A stretch of 64,000 nucleotides of DNA from Akkermansiaceae bacterium (GCA_051251915.1 JBPOGF010000018.1:1-64000); one strand, 5' to 3'; counted from the stretch's first letter, positions 49,714 to 59,083 are shown. Program-made: numbers and translations. The notes: generated by a model not told the origin, from the letters alone.

Positions 49714-49800
49714 GTTGAAAAACTATATTGAGCTCTAGGACTAAGCAAATGAATTTATTTCAGGATGGTGGGAAATGACACTGTTTGATAAGAACTTGGC

Positions 49801-50628
49801 ATGATGTCATTACTTACATGGGGCAATGTTTTAGCCTGTATATTTATCCTTAATTTCACAGCTCATTTACAGGCATCTCCAGTCTGGATGAAGCAGTCTC
49901 CAGATGGGGCGAAGTTGTCTGAGCTCACTATTATTGGGACGCATAATTCTTGTGCGCTGCATGGTGGGGACTATGGGAAGTGTCAGAGTATTGGTTTAAA
50001 GGAACAGCTTGAGTCAGGGGTAAGGTTTATAGATGTTAGGTGTCAGTGGAGAGATGGGGATCTACATATTGTTCATGGGATAAGTGATCAGAAAATGCGG
50101 TTTAGTGAGGTGGCTGATATTTGCCAAATTTTTCTGAAGGAGAATCCTGGCGAGGTGATATTGATGTCGGTGATGGAGCAATCTAGCAGGGATAAGAAAA
50201 GGGGGGACTTTGGTAGAGCTTTTCAGAAGGTGATCAATAAGAATAAGAATCAGTGGTATCAGAAAAAACTTAGCCCTACGCTTGGGGATGCTCGTGGGAA
50301 AGTAGTGGTGGTTTCGAGGAATCGGGAAGTTGAGGGGATTCCTTGGAGGGCGTTTCGTGTTCAGGATTCGTTTTGGATCAATAAGGGAAATAGTTTGGAT
50401 GATAAGTGGAGTAAAGTTACTGAACATTTCAAGGGTGTGGGTGCTGGGGAGGAGCTGAGTATTAATTTTATAAGTTGTACAGGTATCATTAATCCGCCTC
50501 ACTTTACGGCGAGTAAACTCAATCCAAAGTTGATTAGTTACTTGAAAAAGCGGCGTGGTAAGAGACTGGGGATAGTGGTTGTGGATTTTTTCACGGCTGA
50601 GATGTTTCAGGTTGTCAATGCTGACTAA
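49801..50628 (+). CDS. Phosphatidylinositol-specific phospholipase C X-domain protein
   Basis: LTIIGTHNS, QLESGVRFIDVR, HG, PTLGDARGKVV, GIVVVDF. Confidence 0.88.
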   Translation: MMSLLTWGNVLACIFILNFTAHLQASPVWMKQSPDGAKLSELTIIGTHNSCALHGGDYGKCQSIGLKEQLESGVRFIDVRCQWRDGDLHIVHGISDQKMRFSEVADICQIFLKENPGEVILMSVMEQSSRDKKRGDFGRAFQKVINKNKNQWYQKKLSPTLGDARGKVVVVSRNREVEGIPWRAFRVQDSFWINKGNSLDDKWSKVTEHFKGVGAGEELSINFISCTGIINPPHFTASKLNPKLISYLKKRRGKRLGIVVVDFFTAEMFQVVNAD

Positions 50629-51919
50629 TGCTGGATTCTAGCAAGTGGTTTAGTTTTTCTGCTCTGTGTGGGTTTACCATTTTTATGAATGAGATCCGGC
50701 CTTGGAGATACTCAAGGAAGTTTGGGTGATTTGTGCGGTTTTCGGCTGCTAGTCCGTTGCGTTTTACGCGGTAGATGATTGCTTTTAATTGGTCGAATTC
50801 TGAGCGAGCTACATTTGCTTTGGTGTTTACTATTAGGCCTGCAAGTCGTTGTCGTTGGCCTGCTTTCATTACGCGGGTTTTGTCAGTATTTAGCCACCAG
50901 CCTTCTTCTTCGATGATTAGATTTACTAGGTTTTTTAAGCCATTGATTTTGGAGTCTTTGATTTTTATGGAACTGGAGAATGCTATGTCGTCAGCGTAGC
51001 GGGTGTAGTTTAGGTTTAGCTTCTGAGCTAATCCTGTTAGTCTGATATCGAGTTTGAATAGTAGTCTGTCTGCGATAGCGGGGGAGGTAGGGGCGCCTTG
51101 GGGTAGGTGGGCGCGCTCGTATTTCCAGTAGGCTGGTAGTTTTTCGTCTTTGAATCCGTGGGTGCAGAGGTGGGCGAGATACTTGGAGATGTGTGGTGGG
51201 TATCCGGCTAGGTGGAAGAGCGCTCTGACGCGGGGGCGATCAGCGGTGAGGAAGTAGTCTTTGAGGTCGAATTTGATGATGATTTGCTGTCCGATATGTG
51301 GCTCGACGTAGGTGACGATGGATCTTCCTTGTTGGAATCCATGTGAGCATGGATGCGGTGGGATGTGTGCTAAAATCCCGTCTAATACATAACGCTGGGC
51401 CTTTTTCATTTCCCATTTTGGGACTTCGAGCATTCGGGTTCCTCCGCTTTTTTTAGGAATTTTAGTTATATGATAGTGTGATAATTTGGATCCTATTTCG
51501 GCTGGTTTCATTTGGCCGCAGAACCAGTCTAGGTGCTCGACTGGTAGATCTAGCCAGTGAGCTAGTGCTCCTAGTGTCGTGATGCTGGGTACTTTCCAGT
51601 GTGCGGAGAGGAAGCGATCTGGAGACATTTTTACTTGGGTGAGATCTGGTGATCCGTTGAGATTTATTTCTCCTTCGTAGACTCCGTCCCTGTCTGCGTC
51701 TTGCTGGAGTTCTTCCCAAAGTTGGTTCTGATAATCTGTAATCCACTCGCTGAGTGCCCAGATGGATGGTCTGGATCCTTCGCCAAAGTGTTCTAGTAAT
51801 TTAGTTATGAAGTCCCCGAGGTATTGTTCATATGAAACTAATGGGCGCAGCCTCTCAATGATCTCCTGGGCCTCTAGTGGGCCACGTAGGATGATGGAAG
51901 CTAGTTTTTTAGAGTGCAT
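50615..51919 (-). CDS. Retron-type reverse transcriptase with a long N-terminal extension
   Basis: IPKKSGGTRML, HGFQQGRSI, FDLKDYF, LPQGAPTSPAIA, catalytic YADD, LNTDKT, and region Y variant QRLAGLIVN. Confidence 0.9.
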   Translation of the reverse strand: MHSKKLASIILRGPLEAQEIIERLRPLVSYEQYLGDFITKLLEHFGEGSRPSIWALSEWITDYQNQLWEELQQDADRDGVYEGEINLNGSPDLTQVKMSPDRFLSAHWKVPSITTLGALAHWLDLPVEHLDWFCGQMKPAEIGSKLSHYHITKIPKKSGGTRMLEVPKWEMKKAQRYVLDGILAHIPPHPCSHGFQQGRSIVTYVEPHIGQQIIIKFDLKDYFLTADRPRVRALFHLAGYPPHISKYLAHLCTHGFKDEKLPAYWKYERAHLPQGAPTSPAIADRLLFKLDIRLTGLAQKLNLNYTRYADDIAFSSSIKIKDSKINGLKNLVNLIIEEEGWWLNTDKTRVMKAGQRQRLAGLIVNTKANVARSEFDQLKAIIYRVKRNGLAAENRTNHPNFLEYLQGRISFIKMVNPHRAEKLNHLLESSISQH

Positions 51920-51930
51920 GGGTAGTGAGA

Positions 51931-52120
51931 AAAAATCATCACCAGAGCTAACCTATCTTATTGTGTTAAGACTTACTACCACGGAAGTGGTATGAGGTCT
52001 TGACTGCGTAGTGTCTAGTTTTTCTTGTCCTCAGGGGTTAACCCCTGAGAGGTATTTCCTCTGTGGTTTCAATCTAATGCAAACCATCAGAATACCAGTC
52101 TTAGCTCCGGTGAGATTTTT
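51931..52120 (-). ncRNA. Retron msr-msd ncRNA
   Basis: Inverted repeats of about 20 nt (52120-52101 and 51951-51931) enclose three hairpins; there is a G right after the 5' repeat (52100); the element ends 11 nt before the RT start. Confidence 0.8.
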
Positions 52121-52223
52121 ATGATCTATAGTTACCACTTACAGGTTGGCCTAACCAGAATAAATCTGTGATTAGGCTTCCGTTCTGGTTTACATTTTCT
52201 GCAACACCCTTTATTCGTAATGA

Positions 52224-54047
52224 ATGGCAGACGATATTATAGGGATTGATCTTGGGACGACGAATTCGGCGGTTGGTGTGGTGGAGAGTGGGTTTCCTAT
52301 TTTGTTGGCGAATGCTGATGGGAAGAGGATCACGCCTAGTGCGGTGAGTTATGAGGGGGAGGTGACTGTGGGGGCTGCTGCGCTGAGACGTAGGGGAGCA
52401 GGTGGTGCTGTGGTGACGAGTGCGAAGCGGTATATGGGGAGTCGGTATGCGGAGGTGAAGGATGATGATTTCTGTGTGCCTTTGAGTGAGGATGGTGAGG
52501 GGAATGTTGTGTTTGATGTTGGGGAGAGGAGTGTTTCTCCTGAGGAGGTGAGTGCGGAGATTTTGGGGTATTTGAAGGGTGTGGCGGAGACTCAGTTGGG
52601 GAGGAGTGTGAGTAAGGCTATTATTACGGTGCCGGCTTATTTCAATGATGCTCAGCGGACGGCTACGAAGCGTGCTGGGGAGATGGCAGGGCTTGAGGTG
52701 GTGAGGATTATTAGTGAGCCTACGGCGGCGGCTTTGGCTTATGGGTTGGATAAGTTGGGGATGGATGAGTCAGCGCGGGTTGTGGTTTATGATTATGGTG
52801 GTGGTACGTTTGATGTGTCTGTTTTAGAGATTAAGGAAGGGGTGTTTCAGGTATTGGCGACTGCTGGTGATACTAGGCTGGGTGGTGATCATATTGATGA
52901 GATTGTGGCGCAGTGGTGTTGTGAAGAGGTGGAGGGGCTGGAGTATGATGAGTTAGATAATCATGAGCGCGAGCAGTTGCTTGGAGCGGCTAGAAAGCTT
53001 AAGGAAAAACTTACCTCTGCTGATGGTGAAGATGGTGGGGAGGTGTTGCAGATTCCGTTTTTTAGGGCTGATGTGAATATTGATTTATCTCTATCGCTGG
53101 AGCAATTTAATAAGTTGATTCATGGTGAGATCTCGCGGACTGTTAGGTATTGTAAGCAGGTGCTGTTAGATGCTGATGTGACTGTTGATGCATTGGATAA
53201 GGTTATTTTGGTGGGTGGTAGTACGCGGATTCCTGCGGTTCAGGAGTTGGTGGAGAAGGTGTTTGGGATGAAGCCAGATACTAGTCAGCATCCGGATGAG
53301 GCTGTGGCTCTGGGGGCGGTGATTCAGGGAGGTATGCTGAGTGGGGCTTTGAGGGAGATGGTTTTGTTAGATGTAACGCCGTTGAGTCTTGGGATAGAGA
53401 CGTTGGGTGGGTTGATGAATGTGATTATTCCGCGTAATACGACTATTCCATGTAAGGCGGGTGAGATGTTTACGAATGCTGTGGCGAACCAGGAGTCTAT
53501 GTGTGTGCGGGTGCTTCAGGGGGAGCGTGAGATGGCGCGTGATAACTGGGAATTGGGAAGGGTTGAGGTAAGTTTTTCTCCGGCGGCGAAGGGGCAAGCT
53601 AGGATGGGGGTGCAGTTTGCGATAGATGAGAATGGGATTTTGGAGGTGCTGACGAGGGATGTGGGGACTGGTAAGGATACTATTTTAGAGATCAATAGTG
53701 CGGCTGTGGATGTGGCTGATGAGGCTGTGGAGAAGATGGTGACTGAGAGTGTGGATTACGCATTCGATGACATGGCTGAGCGTGTGTTTACGGAGGCTAA
53801 GCTGAAGGCTGAGGAGTTACTCCCAGCGGTAGATGCTGGGTTGGCGCAGGTGTCTGATGATATGGATCCGGAGGATCTAACAGAAATTCAAAGTGCGGCT
53901 GCTGCTGTGCGCGAGGCACTGCAAGGGGATAATGCGAATCAGCTTAAGGCGGCGGTTCAGAAGCTGGACAAATCTACTGAGCACATGGCTGCGGTTCTTG
54001 TGGAGAAGGCGATGGAGGCAGCGCTGATGAGGAAGATGGGGGACTGA
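52224..54047 (+). CDS. Hsp70 family chaperone (DnaK/HscA-like paralogue)
   Basis: IGIDLGTTNS, TVPAYFNDAQR, DYGGGTFDVS, LVGGSTRIP, DVTPLSLGIET. Confidence 0.92.
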   Translation: MADDIIGIDLGTTNSAVGVVESGFPILLANADGKRITPSAVSYEGEVTVGAAALRRRGAGGAVVTSAKRYMGSRYAEVKDDDFCVPLSEDGEGNVVFDVGERSVSPEEVSAEILGYLKGVAETQLGRSVSKAIITVPAYFNDAQRTATKRAGEMAGLEVVRIISEPTAAALAYGLDKLGMDESARVVVYDYGGGTFDVSVLEIKEGVFQVLATAGDTRLGGDHIDEIVAQWCCEEVEGLEYDELDNHEREQLLGAARKLKEKLTSADGEDGGEVLQIPFFRADVNIDLSLSLEQFNKLIHGEISRTVRYCKQVLLDADVTVDALDKVILVGGSTRIPAVQELVEKVFGMKPDTSQHPDEAVALGAVIQGGMLSGALREMVLLDVTPLSLGIETLGGLMNVIIPRNTTIPCKAGEMFTNAVANQESMCVRVLQGEREMARDNWELGRVEVSFSPAAKGQARMGVQFAIDENGILEVLTRDVGTGKDTILEINSAAVDVADEAVEKMVTESVDYAFDDMAERVFTEAKLKAEELLPAVDAGLAQVSDDMDPEDLTEIQSAAAAVREALQGDNANQLKAAVQKLDKSTEHMAAVLVEKAMEAALMRKMGD

Positions 54048-54080
54048 AGTCCCTCCATTGGTAAAAGGTCAAAGATAGAT

Positions 54081-54120
54081 AGTCACTGGTCCTGGCCGAT
54101 GGAATGGTGGACCAGTGACT
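54081..54120. terminator. Hairpin between convergent genes, likely a bidirectional terminator
   Basis: Perfect 12-bp inverted repeat AGTCACTGGTCC/GGACCAGTGACT. Confidence 0.6.
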
Positions 54121-54135
54121 GAAGTGTGGAGCTAT

Positions 54136-55533
54136 TTAAAGTACTACGTCTTCGTCACGGTAGGTTCCTGAGGCGATCCATTTGGTCTCGGTGCTTTCGT
54201 TAGTGAATGAGACGGTACCTTTGATGGTGACGTTTTCTGCGAATCTTACTGGTCCGGTGATGGAGAGTTTTACAGCGTCTTTGAGTGATGGGTTTCCTAG
54301 GCCTTCGAGGCTGTCTACTAGTTTGTACTCACCGCTGAGTTTGATGATTGGTGGTTTGCCATCGCGCTGAGCGATGAGTGCAATTCTTCCGTCTGGGGTG
54401 GTCTCATAGGCGTCTGATCTGAGGGCGAATAGGTCGGAAGAGGCCTTGACTGGGGCGAATCTAGAGCGCGGGACGCATATGGCTGACGCTCCTTTAAAGC
54501 ACTCGATGGCTGCACCCATTGCTGTTTCGAGTTGGAATACTGGAGTGGATTGTTTATCGCGCGGGTCGACGGTTTTAGAATTTTTGATCATCGGTAGAGG
54601 TAGGCTACCGTCATATTTTTCAAGTGCGTCTTTGAGCGCGTCTAGGCGAATCCAGAGGCTGTTGGTATTGAAAAACTGGTGAGTGTCGATGTTCTGGAAA
54701 TTTTCTAGGTCTTCGTCTGGGCACTGGGCTACTTCGCGGAGGAGGAGCTGGTTATCTTCCTTTCTGATGGCGAGATGTCCGCCTTTTTTGTCAGCTTCTG
54801 TTCTGCGTGTGACTTCCATGAGGAATGGATTACCTGATTCAGCGAAGTGGCTGAGGATGCTAGGTTCTAGGACGGCTCCGAGGTTGTCTGAGTTAGATAC
54901 GAATGCGTATTTTACACCTGCGTCTAGGAGCTTATCTAGCCAGCCTGATCCGGCGATGGCTGCGTAGAGGTCGCCGTGGCCTGGTGGGCACCATTCGGTG
55001 GATGGGTTTTCTTCGTTGGTTGCTGGAGTGAGTGTGGCTGCATCGATCTTAGGGGTCTGATTCTGCATCATTTCCACGTCTTCCGCTTTGGCTAGATTGA
55101 TGTCTTCGTATTGCTCTAGGTGCTCAAGAGTGTCTTCAGAGGTGCTGAAGCTGTTCATGAGGAGGAATTTCACCTCTGCACCCGTAGATTTTCGAAGGTA
55201 GGCAATTTGCTCTACGATGATGTCTAGGAAAGTGGTGTCCCCTTTAACAGGGAGGAGGCTTTTTGCCTTTTGGAGTCCCATGCTAGTGCCTAGTCCTCCG
55301 TTGAGCTTGATGACCACTGTTTTAGCGAGAAGGTCAGGGTCGAATTCTGAGGAAGAGGATAGGGAATTCAGGTCAGTGAGATCTGTGACAGGGCTTATGC
55401 TGTCTTCTGAGATCATGCCAGTCTCCTCATTCACTAGAGATTGGTAGTTACGTTCGAATGATTTGATAGCAGCCTCGCTTACTTTGGCTTGCTCCATCTT
55501 GTCTCTAAAAAGTGTGAAATCGCTCATGACCAT
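54136..55533 (-). CDS. UTP-glucose-1-phosphate uridylyltransferase (UDPGP family, eukaryote-like UgpA type)
   Basis: KLNGGLGTSMG, WCPPGHGD, SNSDNLGA, FNTN, QLETAMG, RFAPVK. Confidence 0.92.
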   Translation of the reverse strand: MVMSDFTLFRDKMEQAKVSEAAIKSFERNYQSLVNEETGMISEDSISPVTDLTDLNSLSSSSEFDPDLLAKTVVIKLNGGLGTSMGLQKAKSLLPVKGDTTFLDIIVEQIAYLRKSTGAEVKFLLMNSFSTSEDTLEHLEQYEDINLAKAEDVEMMQNQTPKIDAATLTPATNEENPSTEWCPPGHGDLYAAIAGSGWLDKLLDAGVKYAFVSNSDNLGAVLEPSILSHFAESGNPFLMEVTRRTEADKKGGHLAIRKEDNQLLLREVAQCPDEDLENFQNIDTHQFFNTNSLWIRLDALKDALEKYDGSLPLPMIKNSKTVDPRDKQSTPVFQLETAMGAAIECFKGASAICVPRSRFAPVKASSDLFALRSDAYETTPDGRIALIAQRDGKPPIIKLSGEYKLVDSLEGLGNPSLKDAVKLSITGPVRFAENVTIKGTVSFTNESTETKWIASGTYRDEDVVL

Positions 55534-55779
55534 TGATCAAGGGGGGTAAATAGAGCGAAGTCACGCATATTATGTGAAATTTGAGTCATTAGGGAGGAGT
55601 ATTTGGGGTGGAGTTTAGCGGGGGAAGACGAATGCTTAAGAAGGGTAAACAGAGTGGTGTAATGTCATGCATTTTAAGCCAGAACGTGGATTTAATTTAC
55701 TCATGGATGACTGAATTTTTTCTTGCGAGATTGGTTGTTTTACTTTACCTTTATTGAAGATTAACTCCTTTTAATAGCA

Positions 55780-55986
55780 ATGAAAACTATACTAATAAAA
55801 TTATCAGCAATGACGATCATTTGTCTGTCTATTGCATCATGTAATACGATGGATGGGATGGGTAAAGATTTCGAGAAGATGGGGAATGGGTTGCAGAATA
55901 CAGCTAACCGTAGCATCTGGGGATCTAATGCGCCGGCTTATGATGTTCCGCAATATGACGACGCTGGATATCTTCCACCTCAGTAG
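55780..55986 (+). CDS. Entericidin EcnA/B-like lipoprotein
   Basis: Lipobox IASC followed by NTMDGMGKD. Confidence 0.75.
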   Translation: MKTILIKLSAMTIICLSIASCNTMDGMGKDFEKMGNGLQNTANRSIWGSNAPAYDVPQYDDAGYLPPQ

Positions 55987-56109
55987 TTTGTAGCTCTGAA
56001 ATAGCTGTGTAGTAATACCACACAGCAAACTAAAAGAGGCGATAGTGATTTTGAAAGATTAAGGCAATCTCCGACAACCCACATCGCTGTCGTTTCGTCT
56101 CAATAAAGT

Positions 56110-56136
56110 AGCCTCTAGGAATCTAGAGGTTTTTTT
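56110..56136 (+). terminator. Rho-independent terminator
   Basis: AGCCTCTAG-GAAT-CTAGAGGTT followed by a T run. Confidence 0.7.
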
Positions 56137-56159
56137 GCGTGTGAGGTGAGGGTTTGGAT

Positions 56160-57320
56160 CTACCTAGATGGGGTGAGTTGGAAGGTGAAGCCTTTGAGGT
56201 ATTCTGTCTCTGGGATGGCTGGTAAGATTGGGTGGTCGAGGCGTTGGCTGTGATTCTCGATGAGTCTGACGGTTCTTTTTGCATCTACTGAGGCGCTGAC
56301 TACGTTTTGTAGGAATAGCTCGCGGCTGGCGTGGTGTGAGCAACAGAAGGTGGACATGATGCCGTCTTTTTCTAACAACTTGAGTCCACGTAGATGGATT
56401 TCCTTGTAGCCGCGCATTGCGTCGTTGAGGGTCTTTTTGTTTCTGGTGAATGATGGGGGGTCGAGGATGACGAGGTCGTACTTGTCTTCGCAGCCTTTGA
56501 GGAAATCAAATGCGTTGTGTTTGATGGCATTGATTTCTACTTCGTTGATCTCGGCGTTTCTTTTTGTGGCTTCGATAGCAGATTCTGAGATGTCTACGGC
56601 GGTGACGCTTGCTGCGCCGGCTTTGGCGCAGGCTAGTGCGAAGCCTCCTTGGTTGCAGAAGCAGTCAAGTACGCGTTTGCCTTTGGCCCATTTCATGATG
56701 GAGGCGTGGGCGTCTAGTTGGTCTAGGTAGAGGCCGGTTTTTTGACCGTCTAGGAGATCGATTTCAAATTGGATGTCGTTTGCTGTGACGGTGAATGCGC
56801 CGGGGTTGTCACCGTAGACTAGTGAGATATTTTCTTCGATCCCTTCAGCTTTGAGCATTGGTGAGTCATTGCGGAGGATGATGGATTTTGGTGAGAGTTG
56901 ATCTACTAGGGCATCGATAATAAGCTGCTTGTTGAGCTCCATGGCTAGGGTGAGGGTCTGGACGACTAAGTGGTCACCGTAGCGATCTACGATTACACCT
57001 GGTAGTGCGTCTGATTCAGACCAGACGATGCGGCAGAGCTGGAGGTCGACACCGGAGTTTTTGCGGAGTTCGATGGCTTGTGAGATTCTGCGGTTGAAGA
57101 ATTCAGAATCTAGCTTTTGTTTTCTGCGTGAGATGCGGCGGGCTACGATCTGTGAGACTGGATTGTAGATGGCTGTGCCGAGTGGACGATCTCTATAGTC
57201 TTTCATGGAGATCACTTCTCCAGGCTCGGGGTTTCCGAAGGTCTTGAGAACTTCTGATGAATAGACCCAGTCGTGACCGTGGAAGATCCGAGCGCGTGGT
57301 TTGATGATGATGCCTGCCAT
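56160..57320 (-). CDS. RlmI-like class I SAM-dependent rRNA methyltransferase
   Basis: N-terminal PUA domain (GHDWVYS), SESDALPG, GQKTGLYLDQ, LDPPSF, ETEYLKG. Confidence 0.9.
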   Translation of the reverse strand: MAGIIIKPRARIFHGHDWVYSSEVLKTFGNPEPGEVISMKDYRDRPLGTAIYNPVSQIVARRISRRKQKLDSEFFNRRISQAIELRKNSGVDLQLCRIVWSESDALPGVIVDRYGDHLVVQTLTLAMELNKQLIIDALVDQLSPKSIILRNDSPMLKAEGIEENISLVYGDNPGAFTVTANDIQFEIDLLDGQKTGLYLDQLDAHASIMKWAKGKRVLDCFCNQGGFALACAKAGAASVTAVDISESAIEATKRNAEINEVEINAIKHNAFDFLKGCEDKYDLVILDPPSFTRNKKTLNDAMRGYKEIHLRGLKLLEKDGIMSTFCCSHHASRELFLQNVVSASVDAKRTVRLIENHSQRLDHPILPAIPETEYLKGFTFQLTPSR

Positions 57321-57370
57321 GGCGGACTTCTAGTGCAAGCCAGTGACTAGGTCAATGCTGATTATGCTGC

Positions 57371-58003
57371 CTATTCTTCTGGCTTTAGGTATCTCAGCTG
57401 ATGCATTTCTTTTCCTTCTGCTTCCCATTGGAGTTGGAAGTCTGTTTTTGGGTAGAAGAAGGTGTCATCGTTCCATTCTAGTGGGGTGAATTTTTTGAAG
57501 GTGTCCATTTCTTCGCAGACCCACTCGAAGTATTCTGGGTGGTCTGTCTTGAAGCAGAATTCGCCGCCGGGTTTGAGGACGGTGTTGAGGCATTCTAGGA
57601 AATCTTGCTGGACTAGGCGGCGGCGGTGGTGGCGTGCTTTTGGCCATGGATCTGGACAGAGTAGGTGGAGGCGGTCGATGGAGTGTTTTGGGAAGAGGTA
57701 TTCGATGGTGTATTTGCTTTCCAGTCTGAGTACTTTGCAGTTGGTGAGGCCGGCGCGATGGGCTTTGCGGGCGACTTTTTTGACGCGACCTAGGAGGCGT
57801 TCTATGCCGAGGAAGTTTCTTTCAGGGAATTGTTTAGCCATGGCGATGAGGAATGAGCCGTCACCGCAGCCGAGGTCGACTTCTAGGGGCGCGTCATTGC
57901 CGAAGATTTCATTTTCGGACATGCGTGCGAAGTAGTCGCTTGGCATGAACTCGCAGTTTTCTGGTTGGCGTTGTTTGGTTTGTTCCTGAGGAGTAGATTC
58001 CAT
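57371..58003 (-). CDS. trmB: tRNA (guanine-N7)-methyltransferase
   Basis: VDLGCGDG, NFLGIE, PDPWPKARHHRRRL, KTDHPEY. Confidence 0.93.
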   Translation of the reverse strand: MESTPQEQTKQRQPENCEFMPSDYFARMSENEIFGNDAPLEVDLGCGDGSFLIAMAKQFPERNFLGIERLLGRVKKVARKAHRAGLTNCKVLRLESKYTIEYLFPKHSIDRLHLLCPDPWPKARHHRRRLVQQDFLECLNTVLKPGGEFCFKTDHPEYFEWVCEEMDTFKKFTPLEWNDDTFFYPKTDFQLQWEAEGKEMHQLRYLKPEE

Positions 58004-58083
58004 GAGTGGAGTCTGTACAGCATTGACGCACTATGCAAGTATGAGCGCACAAAATTATTTCAGTATTGATCATGTAATTTGAA

Positions 58084-59073
58084 TTGTTTAGTATGTTATG
58101 TATGAGTCTTAATAAAAGCCTGTTTATTGTTCTTTCTACGATGTTGTTTCTTAATCAAATGGAGGTTGATGGAGCGAGCACTATGCGTGGGACTTGGTTC
58201 TGGAGTTCAGCCTCTAATCCTTATGGTTCAGCTAATGTGGTTGGCGATGCTGCTAAGGAGGCTGCGGCGAGGAGTCATTTCGTGGATAATGGGATCAGCT
58301 TTGTTTATGGTTCTTATGGGAACAGGCCTGTCTCAGAAGAGGCGACTATTGCGGCTTGGAATACCTCATTGGATAGCTTGGGGATAGCGAGTCATTTGTT
58401 GATGGCTGAGAATAGCTGGATAGATCCTGCGAACCATACTAGCTTTACTGATAAGATTCAGGCACGTCTGTTAGATTTCAATGCTAGTGTGGCTAGTTCT
58501 GCGAAATTTGGATCACTCCATCTGGATATTGAGCCTCAGGCATTGGCTGAGTGGGGCACTGCCTCAGCTACTGAAAAGCGTGATTATTTATTTCAGCTTA
58601 GGGATACTTATGAAGTTGCTAGGGATTATCTAGATGACCATGGGGGGACGGATATAACCATAGCGGCAGATCTCCCGGTGTGGTTTGACTCTAGTGCCTC
58701 AATTGGCTGGACAGATACAGCTGAGCGGGATGCGTGGTATGCCGATGTGGGGACGCATCTTGATAGTGTTAGCTTGATGCCTTTTGACAGGGACTCGTTC
58801 AGTTCGATAGTGAGCGGGGTTGAGTGGGAGTTTACAAATATCTCGGGGGCAGATGTGAGGGTGGGGCTGGAGGTTGATATACCGGGGACATGGGCTGATA
58901 ATGCGGCATTTTTTGATATGGCTGACCAACTTGAAACTGAGTATGGCGAGGCGGCTGGAATAGATATTCAGAGTTATGCAAACTTTGCTGATGCGACCAT
59001 TGTGCCGGAGCCTTCTAGTGGTTCGCTGTTTATTATGTCAGCGGGATTACTAGCGGTGAGACGCAGGAAGTAG
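58084..59073 (+). CDS. PEP-CTERM surface protein with a possible glycoside-hydrolase-like domain
   Basis: C-terminal VPEPSS-TM-RRRK; internal LHLDIEP. Confidence 0.75.
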   Translation: MFSMLCMSLNKSLFIVLSTMLFLNQMEVDGASTMRGTWFWSSASNPYGSANVVGDAAKEAAARSHFVDNGISFVYGSYGNRPVSEEATIAAWNTSLDSLGIASHLLMAENSWIDPANHTSFTDKIQARLLDFNASVASSAKFGSLHLDIEPQALAEWGTASATEKRDYLFQLRDTYEVARDYLDDHGGTDITIAADLPVWFDSSASIGWTDTAERDAWYADVGTHLDSVSLMPFDRDSFSSIVSGVEWEFTNISGADVRVGLEVDIPGTWADNAAFFDMADQLETEYGEAAGIDIQSYANFADATIVPEPSSGSLFIMSAGLLAVRRRK

Positions 59074-59083
59074 TGGTGAACTT

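Noticed and set aside
49801..50628. PI-PLC gene as the retron effector
   Set aside because: It is on the opposite strand, overlaps the RT 3' end convergently by 14 nt and has an export-like N-terminus. Retron effectors are normally co-transcribed, so only synteny data could revive the idea.
50615..51919. RT as a group II intron, DGR or CRISPR-associated RT
   Set aside because: No maturase or endonuclease domain, no template/variable repeat pair, and no cas genes or array were seen; the upstream inverted-repeat structure fits a retron.
20993..54047. Genome-wide UGA reassignment to Trp or Gly as the explanation for the in-frame TGAs
   Set aside because: Other genes (RT, Hsp70) end at plausible C-termini with TGA, long genes contain no internal TGA, and both cases sit at Cys-type positions with a downstream hairpin.
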